From Balanoglossus misakiensis (taxonomy: Eukaryota; Animalia; Hemichordata), in NCBI GenBank assembly GCA_040954595.2, contig CM082578.2, positions 14,476,304-14,540,303 of the forward strand: a stretch of DNA of 64,000 nucleotides. The letters are read 5' to 3'. Both the position numbers and the translations under genes were made by a program. Numbering within the stretch: position 1 is the stretch's first letter; every line of letters begins with the position of its first letter. The notes below the pieces were generated by a model, which saw nothing but the letters and a program-made list of their open reading frames with translations, was not told where the DNA came from and did no database searches. Shown here piece after piece: positions 60,202 through 64,000 of this stretch.

Positions 60202-62939
60202 AACCAATGCAACACCACTACAGCAAACCTCCAAACAGTGTATTTAAGTGAACATAGTCTCTTGAATCTAAGTTGTACAGTCTTTTAAAATCAGGTGACA
60301 AAATGCTGGATGAAAAAATTGAAAAAAAAAATGTTCCGAAAACTTATTTTGTAGTAACCATACCTTACTGAAAACAATGAAAGTGGCAACTTTTACCATG
60401 TAAATTAATATAAATGATTAGCTGTAACATAATGTGAGAAGTCAAAACAGGCCAGCTGCATCAGATTGGTCTGCTCTAGTTTGTGATTGTTTTCAGCGTG
60501 TTTCGACGACCGACGATCTCACTCCTCTGTCCTGTTCAAAACCTGGTCCCAGCCCAGTCCTGCTGTTAACAGTCATAACGGAAAATGAGACTAGACTGGA
60601 TTCACCTGGCAACTCAAACTGCTAATTAGACTAAAAAGACATTATCTATTAAGTTCCATTTACCTTAGCGTTCGTCCCCCTTGGTGTTTATGTTTGTCAG
60701 CTGAGCTTTAAAGGGACTAAGTTTCTATTTGACGCAGTTGTGGTTTCTATCCTTTTGAGTTGTTAATTAATTTTTCCCCCAGTGAACTATCAACCACAAA
60801 TGCTCTTCTCACACGTTGCCTGAAGGCAGTGCACTGCTTCTATGACATATTTGTGGATGTACACAATCATTTATGTCATCAAAGTATTGATCGCCACTTT
60901 GACCCCGTAAATACAGAAAGTCTGTTGTCTGTCATTTTTCACCACCAGTTTTAGTGTTATTAGGAGAAGTTTGCTGTCTGATGTGTAGAATGTTTCTAAT
61001 ATGACATACCCATCTGTTTTAACTGGAAAAAGAAGAAGAAATCACACTTATGAAATTTTATTTTGAGCATTGGCTCAAGACGGGGAAAAAAAGATAAAAA
61101 TTGAATTTTTGAAGTAAATGTAGAGTTGTGGAGTTATGTGTGGTATTTTCAAGCAATATTAAACCGATAAGAAATGATCTCATTGTGGACACAGTGTGAT
61201 AGTACATCAGTTCAGCATCTCTGTCAAATCTTGTGAGAGACAGCAATGTAACCTTGCCCTGAGATGTAAATTTAAACAAGTGACAGATTTGCTTTAGCAT
61301 GGTATGGCTTCTTGTTGCTTTGCTTTGGTGCGAAAAGCAGCCGACTTTACAAGTTTGCGTAATATGTTGAAAACCTTGACTCCCCAAGAAAGTTTTAAGT
61401 GTGTTTCTTCAAAATCTCTGGCAAGAAATACCTCCCCATGGTATGTTTTTTTGTAAGTTTTAAGGAAATGTTCAAAGGTTCATTATTTACTTATGCTGAC
61501 AATCCTCCACAGATGGTCAGCCAGAAACAGTACAAAAATAAACAACACGACACAAAACCATGTGATCAGAAGCCGTTTGTCTTTGTGTGGTTTAATTTTG
61601 GTGCTATAATGTGTAGCTGTTATATTTATTTATTTGTAAGTGAAATGTTCAGAATAATTGCTGTGTCCACTTATGCTGTCTTCCAGTCTTTGGGTAGCCA
61701 TTTTCCCCACTGGTGGGCTTGAATGCTTCAAAACAAAAGTGGCTGGTGTTCTGCAGTTGAGGGCGCCATTAACCCCCACTTTGTGGCGCAAATTTGTGGT
61801 TGTTGACCCACGTAATCATGGTAATACAAGGCCACACCTCTTACCCATAAATGAGCATATGTACTAAAGTCGGAGGTGTTTACAAGCCTTTTAATGGGTG
61901 TTTGCATTAGATGTGACAAACCTTTTGTTTTAAGATGCAGCACCACCAATGAAGGCAGTTTTGAAGAAAAACTGGTTTTAGTTCCCATATCATGCATCGT
62001 ATACCAAGGGGAGCTATTAGGGGATCAGTTGTCATCTGTGTGTGTGTGTGTGTTAAGAATGCATGTCACATGCCATATTTGTTTTAATACATCTAGTTGT
62101 CAAAAACTCGTCCAGTTTTTAGTTTAGGTTGCAGGTGATATGGGTTTGTCCCTGAAATTGATCAGTATGAGTCCAAATGCAGCTGATAGCTATAGGGGCT
62201 TTACTTTGACAATTCTGATCAAATCGAAGCACAGTGTCATTGACAGTTTTAAATTAATATCTTTGATCTGATTAGATAAGCCAAAAACTGTCAATCAAAC
62301 TACACTAAAAAAATTTCTTGTATGTACTATCACGTTGCCCAGTCCTTTTTTTAATCTAAAAAATGACTTGACCATTAGAAAGTTTGTCTTTGGGATTTTG
62401 CTCTCACCATATAAAATGCGCTGTCGCTCCCCAATTGAACTGAAATATGCAAAGTCTATCAGATCATAATATGCATAATGTATGTGCCATCATTTCTGAC
62501 AGTAAGTTTTCAAGTTAACAGTACTGGAAGAGCAGTCTCACCATGCAAACTCGTATATCTCTGTTCAGGTCCCATGAAACGATAGACCACAACTATATAT
62601 CCAGTCCTGGTCAAGTCAGCCATCAAAAAAAAAATAAAGCAATCCAGAATCTGTAGGTTTTTGGGTAGGCATATTCACACCAACATGGCCGCCTGTGACA
62701 TTTTGTCTTTTAATATTTGGTGTGTCATCAGAATTGTTTTATGTTGATGTTCATGAAAAAGGAATTTGCTGCAGTACCGGTAATAGATGGTTACCTTCTT
62801 TTCAGATGGCACTTTAGTGCTTCATGACTTTTATCCTGCAAATCAAAGATGTGATTATTCTGTGTATAAATTTTTTACCTCACTCCTGTAATAGATTCCT
62901 ATGAAACACAAACCCCATTGTAGTAAATCTTTATGAGAA

Positions 62940-62945
62940 AATAAA
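62940..62945 (+). terminator. Probable AHCYL polyadenylation signal, implying a 3' UTR of about 2.7 kb
   Basis: AATAAA followed by a downstream GT/T-rich stretch, just before the opposite-strand ALDH5A1 signal (tttatt at 63115-63120). An earlier AATAAA near 62633 is an alternative. Confidence 0.45.
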
Positions 62946-63701
62946 GAAAATGTTCAAACACATTCCTGAAGATTGCTTGGTGCAATTTTTTTTTCCACGC
63001 GATCTAGTGGTGTGTGAAGAATCATTTTAAATGATGACAGTCTTGGAAGAAACAGATAGTGGTTGCATTGCTTTGGATGTTATCCAGTCATAGATGCACA
63101 TAATATAACAAAATTTTATTTTCATTAAAATATTTATACATTTCTAAAATTTACTACTAACATTATATACCCCTATGGAATTTATTAGTACACCTACTCT
63201 GTAACTGGGTGCAAAATGTCTGCTATTGCAGTGAAAAGTGTTCATAAAATATTTCATATCTTACAGACAATAACAGATTACAGGCAACAATGGGTCATAC
63301 ATAAGACTGCCCTAGCTCACATTTCATAATTGCTATAAAGTAAAAATATATCTACATTTTATATTTAATAGAGTATATGATAATTAATATGAAAATAAAT
63401 CTTTTATGGCCAAAAATGGAAAACTTAACAGTTCATGAGTGATAGCATGTTCAGCTATCATCTTGCATAACAGTGGAAAGCCTCTATGTTCAATTTAATG
63501 TTTGCATTTGCACAGTCAGTGAAATTGTTTTCTTGTATTGCTATCATGTAATTTTCTTTTGCACAAAGACTGTTAAAATATTACAATCAACATGTACAAA
63601 TTCATACATTTTCAGGCATGGGTAGGACTTTCCTCAGCTTATATGAGTAACTAATGTAAAATATTCATACTTATTTTTCTGTGACTTTTACTGAGACAAC
63701 T

Positions 63702-63966
63702 TCATAAATTACCAAAACAGAGGTTTTTCAAATTCAGGTACTCCTCAATTCCATATCTGGATCCTTCTCTTCCCATTCCGGATTCCTTGATGCCACCAAA
63801 TGGTGCAACTTCCGCCGACATTGATCCCTCATTGATTCCGACCATACCGACTTCCAGTTCCTCAGCAACTCTCCAGATTTGAGCGATGTCATTTGAAAAG
63901 AAGTAACCGGCCAATCCAACCCTTGTACTGTTGGCAATTGCTAATGCCTCCTCCTCGCTCTCAAAT
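63702..63966 (-). CDS. ALDH5A1: Succinate-semialdehyde dehydrogenase, last coding exon (gene continues beyond the window)
   Basis: Acceptor ccatttttag, then [80 protein letters not shown], which closely matches the SSADH C-terminus. Confidence 0.9.
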
Positions 63967-64000
63967 CTAAAAATGGAGGTGAACAGAAAAACATCATTCA

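Overview
This is intron-rich, AT-rich animal genomic DNA. It is probably from a marine invertebrate deuterostome such as an echinoderm or hemichordate, but that is an inference from gene content and repeat types. I reconstructed seven protein-coding loci by hand from splice signals and reading frames. (1) A 17-exon type II membrane M1 aminopeptidase N-like gene (+). (2) A 2-coding-exon secretin-family/Methuselah-like 7TM receptor with a mucin stalk and a somatomedin-B domain but no visible GPS site (-). (3) An aminergic, histamine H3/muscarinic-like class A GPCR with an intronless CDS (-). (4) An SLC41 Mg2+ transporter (-), head-to-head with (5) NOPCHAP1/C12orf45 (+). (6) An AHCYL/IRBIT gene (+) with several candidate alternative N-terminal exons spread over about 17 kb. 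(7) The last exon of ALDH5A1/SSADH (-). Non-coding features include two intronic box C/D snoRNAs resembling SNORD62/U62 inside AHCYL, a head-to-tail dimer of a DINE-1/HINE-like (Helentron-derived) element with 237-bp internal repeats, small TIR elements with target-site duplications, and a minisatellite. The most interesting signals are four. Every candidate AHCYL N-terminal exon rebuilds the PP1-docking RVxF motif across the splice junction, and one adds a KGILK (SILK) motif. The U62-like snoRNAs carry a second conserved element that may pair with 18S rRNA. A MITE's target-site duplication copies a likely splice acceptor of the aminergic GPCR. The SLC41-NOPCHAP1 pairing appears to be ancient microsynteny. 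All homology statements are from recall, not database searches.
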